A stretch of DNA of 64,000 bases from an uncultured Spirochaetota bacterium. GTDB taxonomy: Bacteria; Spirochaetota; Brevinematia; Brevinematales; JAOACQ01. Of this stretch, positions 1-9,090 are shown in pieces. Position 1 is the stretch's first letter. Every line of letters starts with the position of its first letter. Where the stretch lies: contig CAVYGN010000002.1 of assembly GCA_963768055.1 (NCBI GenBank), forward strand, positions 834,268 to 898,267. The letters are read 5' to 3'. The position numbers and the translations under genes were made by a program. A model generated the notes under the pieces. It had not been told where the DNA came from and did not search any database. It worked only from the letters and a program-made list of their open reading frames with translations.

Positions 1-1715
1 ATTCTGAAGAAGGTTTGGACACGCTCAGGCACAGCGCTTCGCATATTATGGCTCAAGCGGTCAAGAGGCTATATCCGGGCTCGAAACTCGGAATCGGTCC
101 GACAATACATGACGGATTTTATTATGATATTGAAGCGTCCTCTCCGATCAACGAGGAAGATCTTGCGAGAATCGAAGAAGAGATGGGAAAAATTATTGCC
201 GAGAATTATGAGTTTTCACGAAAGGAAATGGAAAAAGATAGCGCCCTGGATTTTTTTCGAAAAGAGAAACAGCCTTATAAAGTCGAGATCATCAAGGACA
301 TCGATGCGAAAACCGTCAGTATTTATACTCAGGGGGAATTTTCAGATCTTTGCCGCGGCCCGCATATACCTTCAACAAAGTATTTAAAGGCCTATAAGCT
401 TTTATCTGTTTCAGGAGCTTATTGGCGGGGAAGCGAGAAAAACGCTATGCTGACAAGGATATATGGAACAGCCTTTGCAGACAGAAAGACCCTTGAAAAG
501 CATATCAACATGCTTGAAGAGGCGAGGAAACGCGACCATAGAAGGGTCGGTAAAGAACTCGGGCTTTTCAGCTTTCATGAAGAAGGGCCCGGCCTGCCGT
601 TCTGGAAACACAAGGGCCTTATTTTAAAGAACCTTTTGATCGATTATATGAGAGAAAAGCAAAACGAGCTTGGATATATCGAGGTCGAGACCCCCACCAT
701 ACTTCGCGATATCCTCTGGAAAACCTCAGGCCATCTGGTAAATTTTAAGGATAATATGTTTTTAACGGAAAGGGAGGAGGAAGTTTTTGCCCTTAAACCT
801 ATGAACTGCCCCGGAGGAATTTTGATTTATAAGGAAGAAATGCATTCTTATAAAGAACTTCCCCTAAAAATAGCGGAATTCGGAAAAGTCCACCGCTTCG
901 AACGTTCCGGTGTCCTTCAGGGACTTTTCAGGGTCAGGGGGTTTACACAGGATGACGCCCATATTTTTACCACACCTGAAAAGCTTAAATCGAGTATCAT
1001 AGAAATAATAAAGCTTGTCGACATAGTATATAAAGATTTTGGATTCGAATATACGGTAGGCCTGTCCACCCGTCCCGAACAATCAATGGGGACTGACGAC
1101 CAGTGGAACAACGCTATCATAGGCCTTAAAAGCGCGCTGGATGAAACAGGGATGTCTTACACTATCCATGAGGGGGAAGGGGCTTTTTACGGGCCTAAGA
1201 TAGAATATCACCTGAAGGACGCTATAGGCCGGACTCACCAGTGCGGTACTATCCAGCTTGATATGAATAATCCGGAACTGTTCGACCTGAATTTCATCGC
1301 AGAAGACGGGAAGGAACATCGCGCCATAATGCTTCACAGAGCTATCCTTGGAAGCCTTGAAAGATTTATTGGGATATTGATCGAGCATTACGGGGGTAAA
1401 TTCCCCCTCTGGATGTCGCCGGTCCAAATAATAATACTGCCGATATCCGATAAATTCAATGAGTATGCCATGAAAATTGAGACTAAGATGAAAAATAACA
1501 GGATAAGGGCGGAATCAGACCTGTCTTCTGAAAAGCTTGGTTATAAAATAAGAAAAGCCCAGATGAATAAGGTGCCGTATATGCTTATAGTCGGTGAAAA
1601 AGAGCTTGATTCCGGGTCAGTATCTGTAAGGCACAGGGATAAAGGAGATATTGGTTCGTCAAAGCCTGATGAAATTTTAAAAATTATTCTTGAAGAAAAT
1701 GCAAATAGAATGTAA
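1..1715 (+). CDS. thrS: Threonine--tRNA ligase, 5'-truncated by the window edge (TGS/N-terminal part missing)
   Basis: 570 aa in frame from nt 3. Class II aaRS catalytic core and C-terminal anticodon-binding region (HIMAQAVKRLYPG, FSDLCRGPH, long conserved C-terminus). Followed by infC-rpmI-rplT as in the canonical operon. Confidence 0.9.
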   Translation, partial: SEEGLDTLRHSASHIMAQAVKRLYPGSKLGIGPTIHDGFYYDIEASSPINEEDLARIEEEMGKIIAENYEFSRKEMEKDSALDFFRKEKQPYKVEIIKDIDAKTVSIYTQGEFSDLCRGPHIPSTKYLKAYKLLSVSGAYWRGSEKNAMLTRIYGTAFADRKTLEKHINMLEEARKRDHRRVGKELGLFSFHEEGPGLPFWKHKGLILKNLLIDYMREKQNELGYIEVETPTILRDILWKTSGHLVNFKDNMFLTEREEEVFALKPMNCPGGILIYKEEMHSYKELPLKIAEFGKVHRFERSGVLQGLFRVRGFTQDDAHIFTTPEKLKSSIIEIIKLVDIVYKDFGFEYTVGLSTRPEQSMGTDDQWNNAIIGLKSALDETGMSYTIHEGEGAFYGPKIEYHLKDAIGRTHQCGTIQLDMNNPELFDLNFIAEDGKEHRAIMLHRAILGSLERFIGILIEHYGGKFPLWMSPVQIIILPISDKFNEYAMKIETKMKNNRIRAESDLSSEKLGYKIRKAQMNKVPYMLIVGEKELDSGSVSVRHRDKGDIGSSKPDEILKIILEENANRM

Positions 1716-1721
1716 AATTAA

Positions 1722-2270
1722 GTGCCGGTTTTCAGGAGGTCTATTATTGCTATTAAAGACGAAAATCTACGGATAAACGATCAAATCAAAGCCAAGGAAG
1801 TCAGGGTAATTGATGAAAATGGAGCACAGCTTGGCGTGATAGCCATCGAGGAAGCCCTCCAAAAGGCCAAGGAACTGGAAGTCGATCTTGTTGAGGTTTC
1901 ACCTGACGCGGAACCTCCGGTATGCAGATTGATTAATTATGGAAAATATCTTTACCAGAAAGAAAAAAAGGCAAAAGAATCGAGAAAAAAGCAGAAAGTA
2001 ATTGAAATTAAAGAAATGAAATTCAGGCCTAAAATAGATCATCATGATTTTGAATACAGAATCAAGCAGATAAGGGAGTTTCTGGACAAAGGCGATAAGG
2101 TAAAAATAACGATAAGATTCAGGGGAAGGGAGCTTATTCATTCTCAACTTGGTTTCGACCTTGCGGGGAAGATAGTTGAAGCGCTAAAAGACCTCGGGAC
2201 CCCCGAAAAACCTCCAAAAATGGAGGGCAGGAACATAGTCGTAATTATATCGGCTATTCATAAAAAATAA
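1722..2270 (+). CDS. infC: Translation initiation factor IF-3
   Basis: 182 aa with full-length IF-3 similarity (INDQIKAKEVRVIDENGAQLGV...VDLVEVSP...PVCRLINYGKY). GTG start at 1722 (a non-AUG start is typical for infC). Immediately 3' of thrS. Confidence 0.9.
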   Translation: MPVFRRSIIAIKDENLRINDQIKAKEVRVIDENGAQLGVIAIEEALQKAKELEVDLVEVSPDAEPPVCRLINYGKYLYQKEKKAKESRKKQKVIEIKEMKFRPKIDHHDFEYRIKQIREFLDKGDKVKITIRFRGRELIHSQLGFDLAGKIVEALKDLGTPEKPPKMEGRNIVVIISAIHKK

Positions 2271-2308
2271 CCGGGAAAATCAGAGCTTAAATGAAACAGG
2301 AGGAGAGT

Positions 2309-2506
2309 ATGCCTAAGATCAAGACCAACAAATCGGCTGCGAAAAGGTTTTATAAAAGCGGGACGGGTAAGATATTAAGAAATAAAGCTTTTAAAAAGCA
2401 CTTGCTGACCCATAAAAGCCGTAAAACCAAGAGAAATCTCCGTAAAAAATCAGTACTTTTCAAGGGCGATGTTATCAGGATAAAAAAACTTATACCATAC
2501 GCTTAA
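2309..2506 (+). CDS. rpmI: 50S ribosomal protein L35
   Basis: [24 protein letters not shown]... is typical L35. AGGAGG Shine-Dalgarno at 2297-2302. The track ORF starts 18 nt earlier but the ATG at 2309 is better supported. Confidence 0.85.
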   Translation: MPKIKTNKSAAKRFYKSGTGKILRNKAFKKHLLTHKSRKTKRNLRKKSVLFKGDVIRIKKLIPYA

Positions 2507-2524
2507 AACGATCGGAGGATAATA

Positions 2525-2890
2525 ATGAGGACAAGATATACAGTAGCCAGCAGAAAGAGAAGGAAAAAGGTCTTGCAAAGAGCCAAAGGGTTTCATGGTG
2601 CAAGATCGCTAAGAATAAAAACTGCCAGAGAAGCGGTTATGCATGCTCTCAGGTATCAGTACAGGGACAGGAGAAATAGAAAGAGGGATTACAGGGCATT
2701 ATGGATAACAAGGATAAACGCCCTTGTTAGAGATCAGGGCTTGACCTACAGCAGGTTCATAGAGGGATTGACTAAAGCGAATATAGTAGTTAACAGGAAG
2801 ATGCTTTCAAATCTTGCTATAGAGGACCCGGCGGCATTCGAAAAGTTTGTGGGTATCGCGAAAGAGAATATAGGTAAAATATCACAATAA
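2525..2890 (+). CDS. rplT: 50S ribosomal protein L20
   Basis: MRTRYTVASRKRRKKVLQRAKGFHGARS... is canonical L20. GGAGG SD at 2514-2518. Confidence 0.9.
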   Translation: MRTRYTVASRKRRKKVLQRAKGFHGARSLRIKTAREAVMHALRYQYRDRRNRKRDYRALWITRINALVRDQGLTYSRFIEGLTKANIVVNRKMLSNLAIEDPAAFEKFVGIAKENIGKISQ

Positions 2891-2935
2891 GGCCTTTTAT
2901 TATATAGAGTATACTGTTAAGTTTTATGATGCACA

Positions 2936-2965
2936 GGAACGGCTTTAACAAAACTAATCATATCT
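2936..2965 (+). promoter_or_regulatory. Possible ECF-type autoregulatory promoter (GGAAC -35 element) upstream of the sigma factor gene
   Basis: GGAAC at 2936-2940. No convincing CGTC-type -10 was found, so this is weak. Confidence 0.15.
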
Positions 2966-3000
2966 GCCGATAATAACCTATTAGTATCCCGACGGAGATT

Positions 3001-3579
3001 ATGATGCCCTTTAACGAGTTAAGCGAAAATGAAATCATCGGCCGGATCAAAGAACTTATCAATAGCGGAGGGTTCCATAATGATGCCGTCAAGCAGTATT
3101 TCCAGGAAATATATGATCGCTTTTATTCGCAATGTTATAATATTTCACGTTATTACGGATTAAAACGCAATGACGCCGAGGATGCCGTTCAGGAATCCTT
3201 TATTAAATTCTTCTCAAATATCAAATCATATGATATTAAGAGGCCTTTTAAACCATGGATTTTTAAAATCGTATTGAACTGTGTGAGAGACAGGTACAGG
3301 GATCTTATTAAGCATGCATATACTGAAATTGAAAAGGCAGAGAATATCAAGAACAGCGAGCAAGAAATATTTTTTGATGGATTTCACATGCGGGATGTTT
3401 TTCATAGTATTATTATCAGGCTCCCGGAAAAGTTGAAATCCGCGGTCATTCTAAGAAACTACGGGGGATTGGACATGAAAGCGATCGCGGATCTGTTGAA
3501 GCTCAGCTTAAGGCAGGTTCATAACCGGCTTTCCAGGGCTTATTCTCTTATTAAAGAGGGTCTGAATGACGAAAAATGA
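3001..3579 (+). CDS. ECF (group IV) RNA polymerase sigma-70 family factor
   Basis: Sigma region 2 (DAEDAVQESFIKFF...PWIFKIVLN) and region 4 HTH (MKAIADLLKLSLRQVHNRLSRA). Overlaps the downstream anti-sigma gene by 14 nt. Confidence 0.8.
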   Translation: MMPFNELSENEIIGRIKELINSGGFHNDAVKQYFQEIYDRFYSQCYNISRYYGLKRNDAEDAVQESFIKFFSNIKSYDIKRPFKPWIFKIVLNCVRDRYRDLIKHAYTEIEKAENIKNSEQEIFFDGFHMRDVFHSIIIRLPEKLKSAVILRNYGGLDMKAIADLLKLSLRQVHNRLSRAYSLIKEGLNDEK

Positions 3580-5992
3580 AGAATTGGAAAATATCCTGCA
3601 TGAAAAGGTTTACGATGACAGCCGGCCTGATTTCAACTATATTTGGGGTAAACTGGAAATAGATAAAATATTTAAGGAGGAGCATATGCCTGAAAAGAAA
3701 GGGGGGAGTAAGATTTTAGTTTGGGTTGTTAGTTTCGTGGTTGTCGCGGCGATAGGATGGTACGGCCTGACTAAAATTTCCACTATTAAAAATAATGAAA
3801 AAATAGAAAAAGGCGAGGCCATTGTCGTTTCTCTTGTCGTCGGTGATGTGCAGGTAAAAAAAATGGGGTCGACAGGATGGAGGGTAATTAATGTCGAAGA
3901 TACTCTCCAGATGGGGGACACTGTAAAAACAGGAGCTGATTCCTATTGTGAATTACAGATGGTTAACAGGGGACTGTTCCGTATCGAAGGGGCTTCACAG
4001 CTTTACCTTGCGACTCTTGTCAGCAAGGACGATAAAGTTAATTCAAGAATGAAACTTGACAAAGGAACGGTAGCCCTAAAGCCTAACAAGCTTAAAGAGG
4101 GCGAGAATTTCGAGGTTGAAACCTCTACGGCTGTAGCTGCGGTAAGAGGAACTAAATTCAGCGTGAATGTAGGTGAAAACGGCGATACTAAAGTGGCCGT
4201 TGACGAAGGTAAAGTCGCCGTAAAACCGGTTATCAAATCGATAGACGAAGCCCAGCAGAAGGGAACTGTCGATGCAAAGGCTTCCGAGATACTGAAAACT
4301 GAAATAGAGAAGCCGGTCGAAGTCAACCCCGGTGAGGAAATCAATCTTGAAACTAAAAAAGTTGAAGCTATGGATAAGTCGGTCGAAAAGGTCATAGACC
4401 AGGTATCGACCAAACAAGAGGGAAAGCAGATTACGGAAGACACTCTTTCCAAGGTGACAGTTACCGAGGAAAAGACCGGAAAAGGCAAAACTGTTGAAAA
4501 AGAGGTTACGGGATCGGAAATGATAGCAATAAAGGTCCAGGAAGACCTCAAGCCTGAAGTAGTGAATAAAGCCCCTGTGAACGGAGAGGAAAGCATTGTC
4601 GGATCGATCGTCCAGAAGCAGGAAATTTCTGAAGATTCCAAGAAAACAATGGACAATCTTAATGAAAGCAACATCATTAATAAAGTTGCCGACATGGTCA
4701 TGATCCGCTTCGAATCCACACCCGCAGGAGCCGATGTTTATATGGATGATGTAAAACTCGGCGTATCACCCCTCAATACTCTTGTTGAAAGAGGGAAAAT
4801 TGCGAAAATTCGGATGACCAGGGATGGTTACACAGAAGATGTAAAAGAAGTAACCATCGGTGGAAATTTAACTGTCAATTCAATATTGACCCAGGTGCAG
4901 ACAATTCAAACGAATGAAACAAATCAAACGAATGCGATTGTTGAAACTAATACGAACTCAGTGAAGACCAATGCTCCTCAGGTGACGGCAGAAGTTAAAA
5001 AACTGCCAGGGGAGCTTGATTGGCAGAAACCTCTGGCCATGAAAATCGAATCGGCCTACAAAGAACCCGCAGATCCTGTTGTATACGGCGGTAAAATATT
5101 CCTTACAAAAAATAACAGGCTGTTTATTGTTTCTCTTGAAGGTAAACTCCTGAAATCTGTAGCAGTTGTCGAGGACGGAGTTAAGCTTACAAGGCCCTCT
5201 GTCAGCGACGGCATTGTGTATGTAGGCTCAGATAACGGCGGCGTTTACGCCTATTCAACTCACGGTGATTTAATGTGGAAGAAAGACGCCGGCAGCGAAA
5301 AATACGGCGCAAGTCCGACTGCTGCAAACGGGATTGTGGCTGTACCGTCAATCGATAAGGGTATAATGATATTCGATAAAACCGGCGAATTGTTAACGCA
5401 AATCGAATCAGACTCTGTATACTCGGCTCCTTTGATTCTTAATGATGGGAAAACCCTCATATATGCGACTGAAAGCGGTAATATAGTTTCATACGATATA
5501 GAAGGGAAATCTCAGAACTGGAGCAAGGGGTATAATGAACGGTTCCTATATCCTCTTGTCGGTGATGAAACTATCATAGCTATTGCAAGGGCAAGCGGCA
5601 AGGTCCTGGCTGTCAAACCGGCTGATGGTTCGATATTGTGGACTGAGGTCTTTGACGAAATACAAAAAACAAGGATAAATCCCCGTTTTGTCGCCGGAAA
5701 ATTAATTCTTGCAAATAATGATACTAAATCGATGGTGTTTGTAGTTGACGCGATGTCGGGAAGAGTTATTTCCAAGACCTCATTTGATAACGAAACGATT
5801 GTGGCGCCGTTTATCCTTGACAAATTCGTCTATATAGGCACGGAATCAGGCAAGGTCTATTCGTATAATGTCAATAAAAAGAAGTATGAATGGACGTATA
5901 AATCCTCCGGTAATGCCATTTCTCTTGTCGTTGCAGACAAGGATGGTATTTACGCCCTGTCATTGGACGGCATGCTGAGGATAGTTAAATAA
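3566..5992 (+). CDS. Membrane-anchored anti-sigma factor-like protein: FecR domain + PEGA domain + PQQ-like beta-propeller
   Basis: Cytoplasmic N-terminus, one TM helix (ILVWVVSFVVVAAIGWYGL), a FecR-like beta-sandwich (GDVQVKKMGSTGWRVIN...), a PEGA domain (IRFESTPAGADVYMDDVKLGVSPLN) and C-terminal PQQ/BamB-like repeats (IVYVGSDNGGVYAYS...). Translationally coupled to the ECF sigma gene. Confidence 0.65.
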   Translation: MTKNEELENILHEKVYDDSRPDFNYIWGKLEIDKIFKEEHMPEKKGGSKILVWVVSFVVVAAIGWYGLTKISTIKNNEKIEKGEAIVVSLVVGDVQVKKMGSTGWRVINVEDTLQMGDTVKTGADSYCELQMVNRGLFRIEGASQLYLATLVSKDDKVNSRMKLDKGTVALKPNKLKEGENFEVETSTAVAAVRGTKFSVNVGENGDTKVAVDEGKVAVKPVIKSIDEAQQKGTVDAKASEILKTEIEKPVEVNPGEEINLETKKVEAMDKSVEKVIDQVSTKQEGKQITEDTLSKVTVTEEKTGKGKTVEKEVTGSEMIAIKVQEDLKPEVVNKAPVNGEESIVGSIVQKQEISEDSKKTMDNLNESNIINKVADMVMIRFESTPAGADVYMDDVKLGVSPLNTLVERGKIAKIRMTRDGYTEDVKEVTIGGNLTVNSILTQVQTIQTNETNQTNAIVETNTNSVKTNAPQVTAEVKKLPGELDWQKPLAMKIESAYKEPADPVVYGGKIFLTKNNRLFIVSLEGKLLKSVAVVEDGVKLTRPSVSDGIVYVGSDNGGVYAYSTHGDLMWKKDAGSEKYGASPTAANGIVAVPSIDKGIMIFDKTGELLTQIESDSVYSAPLILNDGKTLIYATESGNIVSYDIEGKSQNWSKGYNERFLYPLVGDETIIAIARASGKVLAVKPADGSILWTEVFDEIQKTRINPRFVAGKLILANNDTKSMVFVVDAMSGRVISKTSFDNETIVAPFILDKFVYIGTESGKVYSYNVNKKKYEWTYKSSGNAISLVVADKDGIYALSLDGMLRIVK

Positions 5993-6012
5993 ATAAAAGT
6001 TAAAATATTTAA

Positions 6013-6047
6013 ACCCCGCTCCTTAAAAAAGGGCGGGGTTTTTTTTT
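6013..6047 (+). terminator. Rho-independent terminator after the anti-sigma gene
   Basis: ccccgc(tcc)...gggcgggg hairpin followed by a 9-T run. Confidence 0.6.
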
Positions 6048-6067
6048 AAATAAATATTTTATTAAAG

Positions 6068-6096
6068 TTGACAAAAGTGTTAGTTTTTTGTATTAT
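6068..6096 (+). promoter_or_regulatory. Sigma-70-like promoter of the TetR gene (TTGACA-17-TATTAT)
   Basis: ttgaca at 6068-6073, 17-nt spacer, tattat at 6091-6096, about 40 nt upstream of the TetR ATG. Confidence 0.4.
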
Positions 6097-6099
6097 TTG

Positions 6100-6117
6100 T
6101 TAGTAAATATTAACTAA
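6100..6117 (+). promoter_or_regulatory. Candidate TetR operator (18-bp near-perfect palindrome ttagtaaatattaactaa)
   Basis: Inverted repeat matching 16 of 18 positions, immediately downstream of the -10 box. Placement is typical for TetR autoregulation. Confidence 0.4.
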
Positions 6118-6136
6118 CCTATTATAGGAACATCTT

Positions 6137-6718
6137 ATGGAATTAACCAGGAGACAGGAAGAGATCATCTTAACCTCGATGAGGATCATTACACTTGAGG
6201 GCATTACCGCCCTTACTACGAAAAATATATCAGGTCAAATTGGAATATCCGAGGCCGCTTTATACCGTCATTTTAAAAATAAGGATGAGATACTGCTTTC
6301 AATTATGTTATTATTTGAGAAAAAAGCCTTCGAACTCCTTGAAAGCGCATGCAGGCCCGAGTTTTCAGATTTTGAAAATATATATAATATACTGATCAGG
6401 AGGTGCAGGGATTTTGTGGAAAATCCAGCTCTTGTAACTGTAATACTTTCTGAAGAAATATTCCCGCAGAATTCGAATTTATCCGGAAAGATCCATGATA
6501 TCATGAAAGTGAACCATGATAAGATATGTTTTCTTATCGAGGAAGGCCAGAGAAAGGGTGAGATCAGGGGGGATATACCGAAAGAACAGTTCTTTAACCT
6601 CATGATCGGATCTTTCAGATTTCTTGTGAATCAATGGAGAATATCTCAATTCGGCTTCAATCTTGAGGAAAAGTTCATTGATATCTGGGAAGCGTTCAAA
6701 AAAATCATTAAAAATTAA
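6137..6718 (+). CDS. TetR/AcrR family transcriptional regulator
   Basis: N-terminal TetR HTH (TTKNISGQIGISEAALYRHFKNKDEIL), 193 aa. Confidence 0.8.
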   Translation: MELTRRQEEIILTSMRIITLEGITALTTKNISGQIGISEAALYRHFKNKDEILLSIMLLFEKKAFELLESACRPEFSDFENIYNILIRRCRDFVENPALVTVILSEEIFPQNSNLSGKIHDIMKVNHDKICFLIEEGQRKGEIRGDIPKEQFFNLMIGSFRFLVNQWRISQFGFNLEEKFIDIWEAFKKIIKN

Positions 6719-6740
6719 GAATTTAATTAAGGAGAAAAAG

Positions 6741-7529
6741 ATGCTGGATGTATCGTTGAAAAAAACTCTTAACCGGGAAAATATGAAAAACGAGGTGAAA
6801 GAGCTCATAAAAGCCCTTAAAAGGGCTGAAAAAAGGGATGATTTTGAAAAAGTAAAAGAACAATTCAAAACGGTGATCGGCAGCGCCGACCCGCTAGCGA
6901 TAGCCCTGGCTGAAAACGAACTCGCCAGGGAAGGATTTTCGATGGAAGACATGATGAGCGCTTGCGACATTCATTTGATGCTTTTTAAGGAATCGATCGA
7001 TAACTCGAAAATAAAAGTGGAAGAATCTCACCCGCTGAATCAATTCATAAAGGAGCATAAGTGGATCCTCGGCTTGATGGAAAGGCTGAAGGATGAAGCC
7101 AGGGACAGTCGTTCCGAAGAAGGTTTGACGATATCATCTTCAAGGATTAATATATTGGAGAAGATTGCCGGGAAGCTTATGGAAACCGAGAACCATAATG
7201 TAAGGCAGGAAAATACCCTTTTCCCGGTCCTTGAAAAACATGGCATTGAACAGCCTCCTGCAGTCATGTGGGCAGAACATTCTGAAATGAAAGAACAGAA
7301 AAAAGAGATTATTAATCTTATCAGGGATTGTAAAAAACTTATGAAAGAAGAATTTTCAAATAAATTGGAGAGAATGGCGGCAGCCCTTATGGAAAAATTT
7401 TCCATGCATTCGCGAAAGGAGCAGCATATACTTTATGTGACTGCCCTTGAAGTAATTACTGAAAATGAATGGAAAGAGATCAAAGAGGAATGCGACAATC
7501 TCGGGTATTTTGAAATGGCCATTGTTTAA
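6741..7529 (+). CDS. DUF438-like N-domain + hemerythrin-like (HHE cation-binding) domain protein
   Basis: Start chosen at the ATG after the AGGAG SD (6731-6735). His/Glu-rich C-terminal half (HNVRQENTLFPVLEKH...WAEHSEMKEQ...HSRKEQHILY) is consistent with hemerythrin-like metal binding. Confidence 0.6.
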   Translation: MLDVSLKKTLNRENMKNEVKELIKALKRAEKRDDFEKVKEQFKTVIGSADPLAIALAENELAREGFSMEDMMSACDIHLMLFKESIDNSKIKVEESHPLNQFIKEHKWILGLMERLKDEARDSRSEEGLTISSSRINILEKIAGKLMETENHNVRQENTLFPVLEKHGIEQPPAVMWAEHSEMKEQKKEIINLIRDCKKLMKEEFSNKLERMAAALMEKFSMHSRKEQHILYVTALEVITENEWKEIKEECDNLGYFEMAIV

Positions 7530-7544
7530 AGATTGGAGGATATT

Positions 7545-7709
7545 ATGAATTTAAAAGAATTACCGGTTGATGCCATAGAGGCTGTTCTTGACAGCCTTCC
7601 CGCGGATATTTCTTTTGTGGACTCAGAATATAGGGTGAAATATTTCAATACTCCTTCAAAGGGGCGCCTTTTCCAAAGGCTTCTCGATGATGACGGGGGC
7701 GGGAAATGA
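7545..7709 (+). pseudogene. Detached 54-aa PAS-domain N-terminal fragment (MNLKELPVDAIEAVLDSLPADISFVDSEYRVKYFN...)
   Basis: Own GGAGGA SD, ATG at 7545, stop TGA at 7707-7709 overlapping the ldhA ATG (ATGA). Resembles the PAS start found at the C-terminus of DUF438 sensor proteins, so it is a likely split or remnant. Confidence 0.4.
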
Positions 7710-8761
7710 AAGCGGTTAAAGTCGCTTTTTTTGACGCCAAGTCTTACGATAGCGAGTATTTTGATAAATTGAATGTAAATTTCGGTTTCGAACTAAAATA
7801 CTTTAAGGGCCATCTTACCTCCGACACTATCCCTATAGCGAATGGTTTCAATGCCGTGTGTCTTTTTGTCAACGACCAGGCGGATGCAAAAATAATCTCC
7901 GATTTGAGGAATTTCGGGATCGGCCTTATTGCGATGCGGTGCTCGGGATATAACAATGTTGACCTCAATGCTGCTTATAAAAACATCCATGTAGTTCGTG
8001 TACCTGCTTATTCGCCTTATGCTGTTGCAGAACATGCCGTGGCGTTGATGCTTACGCTTAACAGGAAAACGCATAAGGCATATTATCGCAACCTTGACAA
8101 GAATTTCACCATCACAGGGCTTCTGGGTTTCGATATGTACAACAAGACTGCAGGTATTATAGGCACCGGTCAGATCGGTAAAGTTCTTATCCATATACTA
8201 AGGGGTTTCGGAATGAGGGTTCTTGCTTATGATTCTTTCCCCAATGAGGAATTGGCAAAGAAAGAGGGTTTTGAATATGTAACCCTTGATGATCTTTACA
8301 GCCAGTCCGACATTATCTCCCTTCATTGCCCTCTTACTCCGGAAACCCAGTATATGATAGATGAAAATTCCATCGGCCGGATGAAAGACGGGGTAATGAT
8401 CATAAACACAAGCAGAGGAAAGCTTATAAAAACCAAGGCATTGATCGGCGGACTCAAGGACAAAAAAATAGGATATGCCGGTCTCGATGTCTATGAAGAG
8501 GAAAGTGATTATTTTTTCGAAGACAAATCGGGGGATGTCCTTGATGACGACGTGCTGGCGCGGCTCCTGACTTTTAATAACGTTCTGGTAACATCACACC
8601 AGGCTTTTTTTACACAAGAGGCCCTGGCCAATATCGCGCAGACAACTCTTCAGAACATAAAGGATTATTTTGACGGCAAGCCGCTCGTAAACGAGATTTG
8701 CTATCAATGCGGACAGGTAAGGGAAAATTGCCTGAAGGTAAAGGACGGTAGATGCTTTTAA
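7706..8761 (+). CDS. ldhA: D-isomer-specific 2-hydroxyacid dehydrogenase (fermentative D-lactate dehydrogenase-like)
   Basis: Rossmann GxGxxG (IIGTGQIG), catalytic-domain motifs (SRG, VTSHQAF) and overall LdhA-like length. Unusual Cys-rich about 20-aa C-terminal tail (CYQCGQVRENCLKVKDGRCF). Confidence 0.7.
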   Translation: MKAVKVAFFDAKSYDSEYFDKLNVNFGFELKYFKGHLTSDTIPIANGFNAVCLFVNDQADAKIISDLRNFGIGLIAMRCSGYNNVDLNAAYKNIHVVRVPAYSPYAVAEHAVALMLTLNRKTHKAYYRNLDKNFTITGLLGFDMYNKTAGIIGTGQIGKVLIHILRGFGMRVLAYDSFPNEELAKKEGFEYVTLDDLYSQSDIISLHCPLTPETQYMIDENSIGRMKDGVMIINTSRGKLIKTKALIGGLKDKKIGYAGLDVYEEESDYFFEDKSGDVLDDDVLARLLTFNNVLVTSHQAFFTQEALANIAQTTLQNIKDYFDGKPLVNEICYQCGQVRENCLKVKDGRCF

Positions 8762-8793
8762 TGCGGGGAATGGACCCGGCCTAAGGAAGTTTT

Positions 8794-9090
8794 ATGACGG
8801 ACAATATCAATAGCTCAGCATTGCTTGTTATGGACGTTCAGGAAGTAACCGTGAACAGGCTGGAAAAGAAGGATGAATACACGCATCTTTTTCTTGCAGG
8901 AATAGCGACAAGCGGGGTGATACTGTCAACTGTAAGAGAAGCCGCCGACAAGAATTATCAGATTACAATAATATCCGATCTTTGCGTAGATTTCGAACCC
9001 GAGATCCATAAGGTTTTAATGGAAAAAATATTTCCAAGGCAGGCTCTCGTGATAACGGTCGAAGATTGTTTCAGGCAATTACAGGCCTGA
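8794..9090 (+). pseudogene. Isochorismatase-family (cysteine hydrolase) gene remnant with an internal deletion
   Basis: The family N-terminus (ALLVMDVQ) joins directly to the C-terminal region (LFLAGIATSGVILSTVREAADKNYQITIISDLCVD). About 80-90 residues are missing and the nucleophile position is Ser, not Cys. Confidence 0.5.

Noticed and set aside
4003-4719. 238-aa and 113-aa minus-strand ORFs inside the anti-sigma factor gene
   Set aside because: They are fully antisense to a well-supported CDS. Their products are Ser/Thr/Leu-rich low-complexity with no motifs and no SD. This is typical shadow-ORF behaviour.
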